A stretch of DNA of 39,452 nt from a virus. This document shows, piece after piece, positions 32,190 to 39,452 of this stretch; position 1 is the stretch's first letter; the number at the start of each line of letters is the position of its first letter. The stretch covers positions 1 to 39,452 of IMG/VR virus record IMGVR_UViG_3300043392_000021; one strand, given 5' to 3'. Both the position numbers and the translations under genes were made by a program. The notes under the pieces were generated by a model. That model was given only the letters and a program-made list of their open reading frames with translations. It did not search any database and was not told where the DNA came from.

Positions 32190-34031
32190 ATGCAAGACGA
32201 ACAGAAGCGGTTTCAACTGCCGCAGCTGACCAGAGCGATTCAAACCGACGAGGCCATCACGGTCGATGCCGGATCGCGCACGGTCGAATTCCCGTTTTCC
32301 AGCGAACTGGCGGTCGAACGCTGGTTCGGTGACGAGGTGCTGTCGCACAAGTCCGGCGCTGCAGATCTGACCCGCCTGAACGACGGCGCCCCGCTGCTGT
32401 TCAACCACGACATGGACGAGATCATCGGCGTGGTCGAGAAGGCCTGGATTGGCGACGACAAGCGCGGCCACGCCCGCGTGCGCTTTGCCAAGACGGCGCG
32501 CGCCGAGGAAATCATGTCGATGGTCGAGGATGGCATCCTGCGCAACGTGTCGTTCGGCTACCGCATCAACGAAATGGTGGAGGCCGTCAAGAACGGCAAG
32601 TCCACATACACGGCGACCCGATGGGAGCCGTTTGAGGTGTCTATGGTTACGGTTCCGGCTGACCACACTGTGGGCATTGGCCGGGCCGAGGCCAAAGACG
32701 AGCGCGATGTCGTAGTGCATCGCATTCAAGAGGAATCCGCACAGCCTGCGGAAATCACCATCGAGGAACCAACCATGACCGAGCAATCCGCACCCGTGGA
32801 CGTGCAGGTGGTGGCCACGCAGGCTGCCGAAGCCGAGCGTTCGCGCATCGCCGCCATTGAGGCACTGGGCCAGCGTTTCAACGCACCCGATCTTTCCCGC
32901 AAACTCATCAGCGACGGCACCGCCCTGGACGCCGCCCGCGCCGCTTTCCTGGAGGAAATCAAAGTGGACCAGAAACCCCTGACCGGCAAAGAAGCCGACG
33001 TCGGCCTGACCGACAAAGAAGTGCGTTCGTTCAGCGTGCTGCGCGCCCTGAACGCCCTGGCCAACCCGGCCGACAAGAAGGCCTGGGAAGAAGCCGCATT
33101 CGAGCGCGAGGTGTCGGAAGCCGCTTCCAAGGCTGCCGGCAAGGCCGCCCGTGGCATCTTCGTGCCTGGCGAAGTCCTGCGCGCCAAGCGTGACCTGACG
33201 GCTGGCACCGCCACCGCCGGCGGCAACCTGGTCGCCACCGACCTGCTGGCTGCCAGCTTCATCGACCTGCTGCGCAACCGTTCGGTGGTTCAGCGTGCTG
33301 GCGCCACCGTGATGAACGGCCTGGTGGGCAACATCGCCATCCCGAAGCAGACCGGTGCTGCGACCGCCTACTGGGTGGCCGAATCCGGCGCGCCGACCGA
33401 GAGCCAGCAGACCGTGGGCCAGGTCACCATGACGCCCCGCACCGTGGGCGCCTTCACCGACTTCAGCCGCCGCCTGATCCTTCAGTCGAGCCTGGACGTC
33501 GAGAACATGGTGCGCCGCGACCTGGCCGCCGTGATTGCCCTGGCCATCGACACCGCCGCCCTGTATGGCACCGGCGCGTCGAACCAGCCGACCGGCCTGA
33601 AGCTGCAGTCGGGCATCAACACCAAGGACTTCGCGGCCACGAACCCGACGTTCGCTGAACTGGTGGCGATGGAATCCGAAGTGGCCGTGGACAACGCCGA
33701 CGTGGGCACCATGCGCTACCTGCTGAACCCGGCCCAGCGCGGCGCCGCCAAGTCCACCGAGAAGTTCGCTGGCACCGGCATGACCATCTGGGAACCCGGC
33801 AACAGCATCAACGGCTACGGCACCGAGGTGTCCAACCAGGTGACCGCCGGCGACGTGTTCTTCGGCAACTTCGCCGACCTGATGATCGGTTTCTGGTCTG
33901 GCCTGGACCTGACCGTGGACCCCTACGCTGGCGCCACCAGCGGCACGGTCCGCGTGATCGCCCTGCAGGACTGCGACATCGCCGTCCGCAACGCGGTCAG
34001 CTTCTGCTACGGCAACGCCGGCCTGGCCTAA
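32190..34031 (+). CDS. Fused prohead protease (HK97/S78 type) - linker - HK97-fold major capsid protein
   Basis: ATG 32190 (the track start is TTG 32133). The N-terminal about 190 aa has the protease pattern (EFPFSSELAVERWFG...LLFNHDMDEIIGVVEKAW...SFGYRI...EPFEVSMVTVPADHTVGIG). A helical Ala/Glu-rich linker follows. The C-terminal about 330 aa has the HK97 MCP pattern (LLRNRSVVQRAGATV...NIAIPKQTGAATAYWVAE...FSRRLILQSSLDVENMVRRDLA...ALYGTGASNQPTGL). Confidence 0.88.
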   Translation: MQDEQKRFQLPQLTRAIQTDEAITVDAGSRTVEFPFSSELAVERWFGDEVLSHKSGAADLTRLNDGAPLLFNHDMDEIIGVVEKAWIGDDKRGHARVRFAKTARAEEIMSMVEDGILRNVSFGYRINEMVEAVKNGKSTYTATRWEPFEVSMVTVPADHTVGIGRAEAKDERDVVVHRIQEESAQPAEITIEEPTMTEQSAPVDVQVVATQAAEAERSRIAAIEALGQRFNAPDLSRKLISDGTALDAARAAFLEEIKVDQKPLTGKEADVGLTDKEVRSFSVLRALNALANPADKKAWEEAAFEREVSEAASKAAGKAARGIFVPGEVLRAKRDLTAGTATAGGNLVATDLLAASFIDLLRNRSVVQRAGATVMNGLVGNIAIPKQTGAATAYWVAESGAPTESQQTVGQVTMTPRTVGAFTDFSRRLILQSSLDVENMVRRDLAAVIALAIDTAALYGTGASNQPTGLKLQSGINTKDFAATNPTFAELVAMESEVAVDNADVGTMRYLLNPAQRGAAKSTEKFAGTGMTIWEPGNSINGYGTEVSNQVTAGDVFFGNFADLMIGFWSGLDLTVDPYAGATSGTVRVIALQDCDIAVRNAVSFCYGNAGLA

Positions 34032-34045
34032 TCAGGCAATGAGGA

Positions 34046-34077
34046 ACGGGCCGGCCTAAACACCCGGCCCGTTTTTT
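34046..34077 (+). terminator. Rho-independent terminator after the capsid gene
   Basis: 9-bp stem acgggccgg/ccggcccgt, loop cctaaacac, then tttttt. Confidence 0.8.
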
Positions 34078-34080
34078 AAC

Positions 34081-34308
34081 ATGCAAGTCAAGATCACCAG
34101 AACCACAGTAGCAGCAAAGCAGTTCGTCCTGGCTGGCGAGGTCCACGACCTGCCGGAAGCCGACGCGCGCCTGCTGATCCAACTGGGCAAGGCGGTCGCC
34201 CTGGACGGCGCAGAGCCGCAGCCCGACGTGCTGGATACCAAGGACGCGGTGGCCATCGTTTCGACGGACACCCCAAAACGCAAGGGCCGCAGCCGTGTCG
34301 CTAAGTGA
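34081..34308 (+). CDS. Hypothetical small head-module protein
   Basis: 75 aa. Lies between capsid and connector genes. No motif recognised. Confidence 0.5.
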   Translation: MQVKITRTTVAAKQFVLAGEVHDLPEADARLLIQLGKAVALDGAEPQPDVLDTKDAVAIVSTDTPKRKGRSRVAK

Positions 34309-34573
34309 GAACCTGGACGCTTTCCTGCTGGACTTCGGTGTCGCCGTCACCAATGGCGTGACGGTGGCCACCGGCGTTCTGGACATGCCCAGCGAGGTGA
34401 TCGCAGGCGGCATGGTCATCACGACCGACTACGCGCTGACCGTCAAGTCGAGCGCGTTTCCTGGCCTTGGCTATGGTGACGCCCTGACCGTGGACGGCGC
34501 GGCCTACACGGTGCGCGAAGTGCGCGCCCAGGACGACGGCAAGTTCAGCATCGTTTACCTGTCGAAGGTTTGA
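34295..34573 (+). CDS. Head-tail connector protein (head-closure / gpFII-like type)
   Basis: GTG start. 92 aa. SENLDAFLLDFGVAV...GVLDMPSEV...LTVKSSAFPGLGYGDALTVDGAAYTVREVRAQDDGKFSIVYL is the classic head-tail joining pattern. Confidence 0.7.
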   Translation: MSLSENLDAFLLDFGVAVTNGVTVATGVLDMPSEVIAGGMVITTDYALTVKSSAFPGLGYGDALTVDGAAYTVREVRAQDDGKFSIVYLSKV

Positions 34574-34574
34574 T

Positions 34575-34994
34575 ATGCCCAGCAAGCGCGAAACCATCCT
34601 GCAGCGCATCGTGACGGCCCTGGCCGGCACCGCTGGCGTCGGTTCGCGCATCTACCGCAGCCGGGTCGTTCCTTTGGCGCGTGGCGAGGCGCCGGCCATC
34701 GTGGTGGAGCCTGTCAGCGACAGCGCGACCCAAGACACCCTGGGAACGCTGCAGTGGAACATGACCGTGCGGGTGGCGGTCATCGTTCGCGGCGAGGTGC
34801 CGGACCAGCTGGCGGACGCGGTGATCGTTGACGTGCATTCCAAGCTGATGGGCGACGCCACGCTAGGCGGCTATGTCATCGACATGCTGCCGACCACGGT
34901 GTCGTTTGAAAGCATCGAGGCAGACCAGCCTGCCGGCGTGGTGTCGGCAGAATTCGCGGTCACATACCGCACAGCACTCAATTCGCTGAGTTAA
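34575..34994 (+). CDS. Tail completion / terminator-type connector protein (DUF3168-like)
   Basis: 139 aa. RETILQRIVTALAGTAGVGSRIYRSRVVPLARGEAPAIVVEP... and its position just before the major tail gene. Confidence 0.6.
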   Translation: MPSKRETILQRIVTALAGTAGVGSRIYRSRVVPLARGEAPAIVVEPVSDSATQDTLGTLQWNMTVRVAVIVRGEVPDQLADAVIVDVHSKLMGDATLGGYVIDMLPTTVSFESIEADQPAGVVSAEFAVTYRTALNSLS

Positions 34995-35021
34995 AATCAG
35001 CCAAACCACGCGAGGTTCATC

Positions 35022-35954
35022 ATGCCCCTTCTTACCCGCAAGCGCACCATTCTGGCCAAGACGGAAACGACCTACGGCACCGACAGCACGCCCACCGGCG
35101 CCGCCAACGCCGTCCTGGTGCGCAACCTGAACATCACCCCGCTGAACGCCGAACTGGTCAGCCGCGACCTGGTGCGCCCCTACCTGGGCGCCAGTGAGCA
35201 GCTGCTGGCGTCCAGCTACGTCACGGTGGACTTTGAGGTCGAGATGGCCGGCGCCGGCACCGCTGGCACCGCGCCCGCCTACGGCCCGCTGCTGCTGGCC
35301 TGCGGCATGGCCGCCACCACGTCGGCTGGCGTGTCGGTGACCTATGCCCCGGTGTCGGCCAGCTTCGGCAGCGTCACGATCTACTACAACGTGGACGGCG
35401 TGCTGCATAAAATCACCGGCGCGCGCGGCAACGTCGAGATGGACATCCAGGTCGGCCAGATCCCGGTGTTCAAGTTTACGTTCACCGGCCTTTACAACGC
35501 CCCCACCGACACGGCGGCCCCTGCGGTCACCTACACCGCGTTCCAGACCCCGCTGGCGGCCAACAACGACAACACCACCGGGTTCAGCTTCTACAGCTAC
35601 AGCGGCGCCCTGCAGTCGCTGAACGTGAACCTGAACAACCAGATCAACTACCGCACGCTGATCGGTGCCGAGGACGTCCAGATGCTGGACCGCCAGGCCA
35701 GCGGCACTGTGGTGTTTGAGGCCCCGACCGTCGCCCAGAAGGACTACTGGAGCCTGGCCCTGGGCACGACCCTGGGCACGCTGGACATCACGCACGGCAC
35801 CGCCGCCGGCAACCGCGTGCAGATTTCGTCCAGCCGCGCCAAGGTCAACAACCCGACCTACCAGGATCTGAACGGCATCCACATGCTGCAGGCCCCGTTC
35901 CAGCTGGTGCCCAGCACGGCAGGCAACGACGAATTCAGCATCGTGGTGAAGTAA
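35022..35954 (+). CDS. Major tail (tube) protein
   Basis: 310 aa. GAGG ribosome-binding site. Lies between the connectors and the G/GT chaperones and is followed by a strong terminator. Beta-rich Thr/Ala/Asn composition. Confidence 0.75.
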   Translation: MPLLTRKRTILAKTETTYGTDSTPTGAANAVLVRNLNITPLNAELVSRDLVRPYLGASEQLLASSYVTVDFEVEMAGAGTAGTAPAYGPLLLACGMAATTSAGVSVTYAPVSASFGSVTIYYNVDGVLHKITGARGNVEMDIQVGQIPVFKFTFTGLYNAPTDTAAPAVTYTAFQTPLAANNDNTTGFSFYSYSGALQSLNVNLNNQINYRTLIGAEDVQMLDRQASGTVVFEAPTVAQKDYWSLALGTTLGTLDITHGTAAGNRVQISSSRAKVNNPTYQDLNGIHMLQAPFQLVPSTAGNDEFSIVVK

Positions 35955-35971
35955 AATTCGCCGCGCCACAT

Positions 35972-36001
35972 GACCCGCCCGCTGTGGCGGGTCTTTTTTT
36001 T
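35972..36001 (+). terminator. Rho-independent terminator after the major tail gene
   Basis: Stem gacccgcc/ggcgggtc, loop cgctgt, followed by eight T. Confidence 0.8.
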
Positions 36002-36012
36002 AGGAGAACCCC

Positions 36013-36351
36013 ATGTTCAAGATCGTCCAGAACCCCACCTACACCTGGCCCGTCACGGTCGAATTCCCGTCCGACGGCGGCCGCGTCGAGAAGGCCACGT
36101 TCGACATCGAGTTCAAGCGCCTGACGCAGACCCGCCTGAACGAGATCCGCGACGCCATCGAGAAGGGCACCATCACCGATGGCGACCTGGCGCGCGAGGT
36201 CATCACCGGCTGGACCGGCATCACCGACGAGACCGGCCCGGTGCCCTACAGCGAGGCCGCGCGCGACCAGCTGCTGGACATCCCGCTGGTGGCCAGCGCC
36301 ATCGTCATGGCCATGTTCGGGTCCATCGCTGGAGCCAAGCGAAAAAACTGA
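36013..36351 (+). CDS. G: Tail assembly chaperone G
   Basis: 112 aa. AGGAG ribosome-binding site. Lies upstream of the tape measure. Ends two codons after the slippery heptamer. Confidence 0.85.
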   Translation: MFKIVQNPTYTWPVTVEFPSDGGRVEKATFDIEFKRLTQTRLNEIRDAIEKGTITDGDLAREVITGWTGITDETGPVPYSEAARDQLLDIPLVASAIVMAMFGSIAGAKRKN

Positions 36352-36689
36352 CCGACGCCGCCAAGCACTGGGCAAGTGGCGGCGTTCAAGATGACAGCGC
36401 GGCCGACCTGGCCGCGTTCGGTGCGCCCACCGAGATCATCGAGTCCATTGGCACCGGCAAGGACGGGTCCGAGTTCGGTGTCTGGGAGGAAAACGCGGAA
36501 ACCGTGGTGATGTTCATGCGGCTGCAGACGCAGTGGCAGGTAATACCGGGAGGTTTCGTCGGTCTGAACTACCAGTCGGCAGAGTTCCTATTTAAAATTC
36601 ATCATGTGGCCAACAAGGCCGAAATGATGAACGACCTGCAAGCCATGGAGATCGCCGCGCTGCAGGTCCTGAACAAGCGCAAGGACTGA
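36013..36689 (+). CDS. Tail assembly chaperone GT fusion produced by -1 frameshift at 36342-36348
   Basis: The -1 frame after the slip site encodes ...FGVWEENAETVVMFMRLQTQWQV...GLNYQSAEFLFKIH..., typical of gpT-type extensions. It stops at TGA 36687-36689, just before the tape measure ATG. Confidence 0.75.
36342..36348 (+). promoter_or_regulatory. Programmed -1 ribosomal frameshift site A_AAA_AAC (G to GT)
   Basis: X_XXY_YYZ heptamer in the G frame (cga aaa aac tga). The -1 frame is open from here to 36689 and reads KKLTDAAKHWASGG... Confidence 0.8.
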
Positions 36690-36692
36690 ACC

Positions 36693-38948
36693 ATGGACAT
36701 GAATGTCGCCCTGAAGATCACGGCCGGCGTCACAGGCCAGCAGGCTGTGGACCAGCTGCGCACGTCCATGGATCGCATGAAGGACAGCGTGGACGGCGTG
36801 TCCAACCGCTTCGGCATGCTCAAGGGCGCCCTGGCCGGCTTGGCTGGCACCGCCGTGGTCGCCGGGTTCGTCGGTATGATTAAGAGCGCCATCGACATGG
36901 GCGACAAGCTGAACGACCTGCGCCAGAAAACCGGCATCGCCGTCGAGGACCTGGACGCGCTGGGCTACGCCGCAGAACTGAACGGCAGCAACCTGGACGC
37001 CGTGTCTGGCGCGCTGGGCAAGCTGGCCAAGAACATGGCCGACGCCGCCGGCGGCAGCAAGGACGCCATCGCCACATTCAAGCAGTTCGGCATCAACCAG
37101 GCCGACCTGAAGAACGGCACCATCACCACGACCGAGGCCATGGCCCGCATCGCGGACCGCCTGTCCACCATGGAGGATGGCTGGCAGAAAACCGCCGCCG
37201 CCCAGCAGGTGTTTGGCAAGTCGGCCGCCGACCTGGTGCCCCTGCTGAACGCAGGAGGTGGCGCCATCCGCGACGCCAGGACCGAACTGGAGGCCATGGG
37301 CGCCCTGTTCACCGGGTCGATGGCCCAGGCCGCCGACGAGTTCAACGACAACATGTCCAAGCTGCGCCGCATGGCCACCGCGCTGGGCCTGAGCCTGGCC
37401 CAAGAACTGATGCCGGTGCTGAACGGTTTTGTGCTGGGCATTATCGACGCCAAGTCCAAGTCCGACGACCTGTCTGGCAGCACCGCCCTGTCGGACTGGG
37501 CAACGGTGGCCGCCAAGGGCATCGCAATCCTAGTGGACGTCGCCCGCGTGGCCGCCCAGGCGATCTACGCGCTGGTCGGCAGCTTCCAGGCCGTGTGGGC
37601 CGACATCACCCTGGCCGGCACGTTCCTGAAGGACGGCCCGACCGCCCTGTTCCGCCATGGTGGCGTCGAGGCGCTAAAGCAGGCGCTGAACGAGCGCAAC
37701 CAGGTGGTGGCCGACGCGAACCAGCGTTACGCGAAGCTGTGGAATATGGACGGCAGCCAGGTGCTGAACGCCGTCACCAGCGCCATCGAGAAGCAGAAGA
37801 ACGCCGTCAAACCAATCGCTGGCCCAAAGCCTGCCACCGGTTTCAAGTTCGACTTTGGCGCCGGCAAGGAAACCGAATACGACAAGCTGCTGCAGCAGAT
37901 GAACGAGCAGCTGGCCAAGACCGGCGAGATGACGAAATCCGAGGAACTGCTGCGGCTGTTCCAGACTGAGCGCTACAAGGACCTGACCAGCGCGCAGAAG
38001 GCCGAACTGCTGCGCCTGGCCAACCTGATCGAGATGCGCCAGGAGCATGACAAGAACGTCAAGGACGCAGCCAAGGCCGACGAGGATGCGTCCAAGGCCC
38101 GCACGCAGCAGCTGCTGACCGAGTGGGATGCCGTCAGCAAGCTGAAGGACAGCAAGGCCGACGAACTGGCGATGCTGCAGCTGGAGGCCCAGGCGGTCAA
38201 CATGACCACCGACGAATACGACGCGCGCGTGCGCAAGCTGGAGCATGAGCGCAGCGTGCGCGATGCCATCCGCGGCATGCTGCCCGAGACAGCGGCCGCA
38301 TACAGGGATGTGGCCGATGCCGCATTCCAGGCGTCGGAGAATCAGCGCAGGATCAACGCCGGCGCAGACCAGCTTTACGAGACCGGCGCCAAGCGCGCCA
38401 TCAAGTCCTACGCGGCCGAACTGAACAACGTGGCCAAGGCCACCGAGGACGCATTCGGTCGAGCGTTCCAGGGCATGGAGGACGCCCTGGTCACGTTCGT
38501 GACAACCGGCAAGTCCACGTTTGGCGACCTGGCGCGGTCCATCCTGGCCGACATCGCCCGCATCGCCGTCCGCCAAGCCATCGTCAAGCCGCTGATGTCC
38601 GCGTTCGGTTTTGGTTTTGCGGACGGCGGCATCATGACCAGCGGCGGCCCGATGCCGCTGAAAACCTACGCCAACGGCGGCATCGCCACCAGCCCGCAGG
38701 TCGCGGTGTTCGGTGAGGGCAAGATGCCCGAGGCCTACGTGCCCCTGCCCGATGGCCGCACCATCCCGGTGACCATGAAGGGCGAAGGCGGTGGCAGCAC
38801 CAGCGTGGTGGTGAACGTGAACGTCGAATCCGGCCAGTCGCAGGTCAAGGACGACAAGGGAGCCGGCGACCTGGGCCGCGTCATCGCCGGCGCGGTCAAG
38901 GCCGAACTGATTAACCAAAAACGGCCCGGTGGGCTGCTGGCAGCATAA
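36693..38948 (+). CDS. H: Tail tape measure protein
   Basis: 751 aa. Helical Ala/Leu/Lys-rich. N-terminus GDKLNDLRQKTGIAVEDLDALGYAAELNGSNLDAVSGALGKLAKNM. C-terminus PEAYVPLPDGRTIPV, as in lambda gpH-type proteins. Confidence 0.9.
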   Translation: MDMNVALKITAGVTGQQAVDQLRTSMDRMKDSVDGVSNRFGMLKGALAGLAGTAVVAGFVGMIKSAIDMGDKLNDLRQKTGIAVEDLDALGYAAELNGSNLDAVSGALGKLAKNMADAAGGSKDAIATFKQFGINQADLKNGTITTTEAMARIADRLSTMEDGWQKTAAAQQVFGKSAADLVPLLNAGGGAIRDARTELEAMGALFTGSMAQAADEFNDNMSKLRRMATALGLSLAQELMPVLNGFVLGIIDAKSKSDDLSGSTALSDWATVAAKGIAILVDVARVAAQAIYALVGSFQAVWADITLAGTFLKDGPTALFRHGGVEALKQALNERNQVVADANQRYAKLWNMDGSQVLNAVTSAIEKQKNAVKPIAGPKPATGFKFDFGAGKETEYDKLLQQMNEQLAKTGEMTKSEELLRLFQTERYKDLTSAQKAELLRLANLIEMRQEHDKNVKDAAKADEDASKARTQQLLTEWDAVSKLKDSKADELAMLQLEAQAVNMTTDEYDARVRKLEHERSVRDAIRGMLPETAAAYRDVADAAFQASENQRRINAGADQLYETGAKRAIKSYAAELNNVAKATEDAFGRAFQGMEDALVTFVTTGKSTFGDLARSILADIARIAVRQAIVKPLMSAFGFGFADGGIMTSGGPMPLKTYANGGIATSPQVAVFGEGKMPEAYVPLPDGRTIPVTMKGEGGGSTSVVVNVNVESGQSQVKDDKGAGDLGRVIAGAVKAELINQKRPGGLLAA

Positions 38949-38950
38949 GC

Positions 38951-39289
38951 ATGGCAACATTTACCTGGACACCAGATTTCGGCGCCAAGGCGGTCTATAA
39001 GCCGCGCGTGCGCGTGGCCAGCTTTGGCGACGGCTACGAGCAGCGCCAGGCCGACGGCATCAACGCCCGGAACGACACCTGGGACCTGCAGTTCGACAAC
39101 CGCGACGACAGCGAAACGGCGGCGATCCTGACGTTCCTGGCCGCGCGCGCTGGCGTCGAGGCGTTCGACTGGACGCCGCCCACCGAGGCCACATCCATCC
39201 GCGTGAAGTGCGCCGAGTGGTCGCGGGTGGTGTCGCGCAACAACCTGAACAGCGTCAGCGCCCAGTTCATCCGGGTCTATGAGCCATGA
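38951..39289 (+). CDS. M: Minor tail protein M
   Basis: 112 aa. FTWTPDFGAKAVYKPRVRVASFGDGYEQRQADGIN...WDLQF...FLAARAGVEAFDWTPP matches the gpM pattern. ATGA overlap with L. Confidence 0.88.
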   Translation: MATFTWTPDFGAKAVYKPRVRVASFGDGYEQRQADGINARNDTWDLQFDNRDDSETAAILTFLAARAGVEAFDWTPPTEATSIRVKCAEWSRVVSRNNLNSVSAQFIRVYEP

Positions 39290-39452
39290 CCACACCGCAA
39301 GCCATCACCAGCGAGATCCAGAAGCTGGAACCCAGCGCCATCATCGAACTGTTCGAGCTGGACGCCACCGCGTTTGGCGGTGACCTGCTGCGGTTCCACG
39401 CCGGCACCAACGGCCTGCGGCAGAACCTGGTCTGGCAGGGCAACACCTACAC
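39286..39452 (+). CDS. L: Minor tail protein L, 5' portion (continues at position 1 through the 127-bp overlap)
   Basis: ATG 39286 overlaps the M stop. MTTPQAITSEIQKLEPSAIIELFELDATAFGGDLLRFHAG... is the gpL N-terminal pattern. The unique gene is 39286-39325 plus 1-668 (235 aa). Confidence 0.9.
   Translation, partial: MTTPQAITSEIQKLEPSAIIELFELDATAFGGDLLRFHAGTNGLRQNLVWQGNTY
39326..39452. repeat. Terminal overlap copy 2 (identical to 1-127)
   Basis: 127/127 identity with the window start. Confidence 0.95.

Noticed and set aside
31207-32229. 340-aa alternative-frame ORF across the repeat gene.
   Set aside because: Its translation is Pro/Arg/Ser-rich shadow sequence running into the promoter region of the capsid gene. 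The 31197 frame has the periodic repeat structure and ends cleanly before the intergenic spacer.
35970-36689. Independent 239-aa gene overlapping G.
   Set aside because: Its 5' half is the off-frame shadow of G and of the terminator region. Only the part downstream of the A_AAA_AAC slip site makes a gpT-like sequence, so it is interpreted as the GT frameshift product.

Overview
The window is one complete, circularly closed genome of a temperate lambda-like siphovirus from a high-GC host, probably a proteobacterium. Bases 1-127 are identical to 39326-39452, and joining them restores an intact gpL-like tail gene, so the unique length is 39,325 bp. Gene order, starting at the packaging end:
- Packaging and head: candidate cos region (about 24192-24347), small and large (gpA-type) terminase, a gpW-like connector with an extra N-terminal domain, and a lambda-type portal.
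- An unusual four-gene insertion (29029-32114) containing a fibre-like protein and a tandem-repeat protein.
- A fused prohead protease-HK97 capsid protein, connectors, and the major tail protein.
- Tail: G/GT chaperones with an A_AAA_AAC -1 frameshift site, tape measure, then the M, L, K, I and J tip genes.
- A tail fibre followed by three tandem mini receptor-binding-like ORFs.
- A lysis cassette (membrane proteins plus GH24 endolysin, no recognisable spanin).
- Cargo genes: an HExxH protein, an HTH-metallophosphoesterase, a small membrane protein and a TraR zinc finger.
- P4-type integrase, then attP carrying the 3' part of a tRNA-Lys(UUU) flanked by four arm-type repeats, then excisionase.
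- A leftward recombination operon: Sak4-like ATPase and PD-(D/E)XK exonuclease.
- A rightward early and replication operon: HTH regulator, SF2 helicase, SSB-like protein, DUF3310, HNH, VRR-NUC, winged-helix proteins and a Toprim/VirE primase-helicase.
- A GGGGTCAC iteron array around an AT-rich core, the candidate origin.

Only five genes are on the minus strand. Many long ORFs in the track are GC-rich shadow frames and were rejected. All functional calls come from reading motifs in the translations. No database search was possible, so family assignments are recognition-based and the novelty claims are hypotheses.
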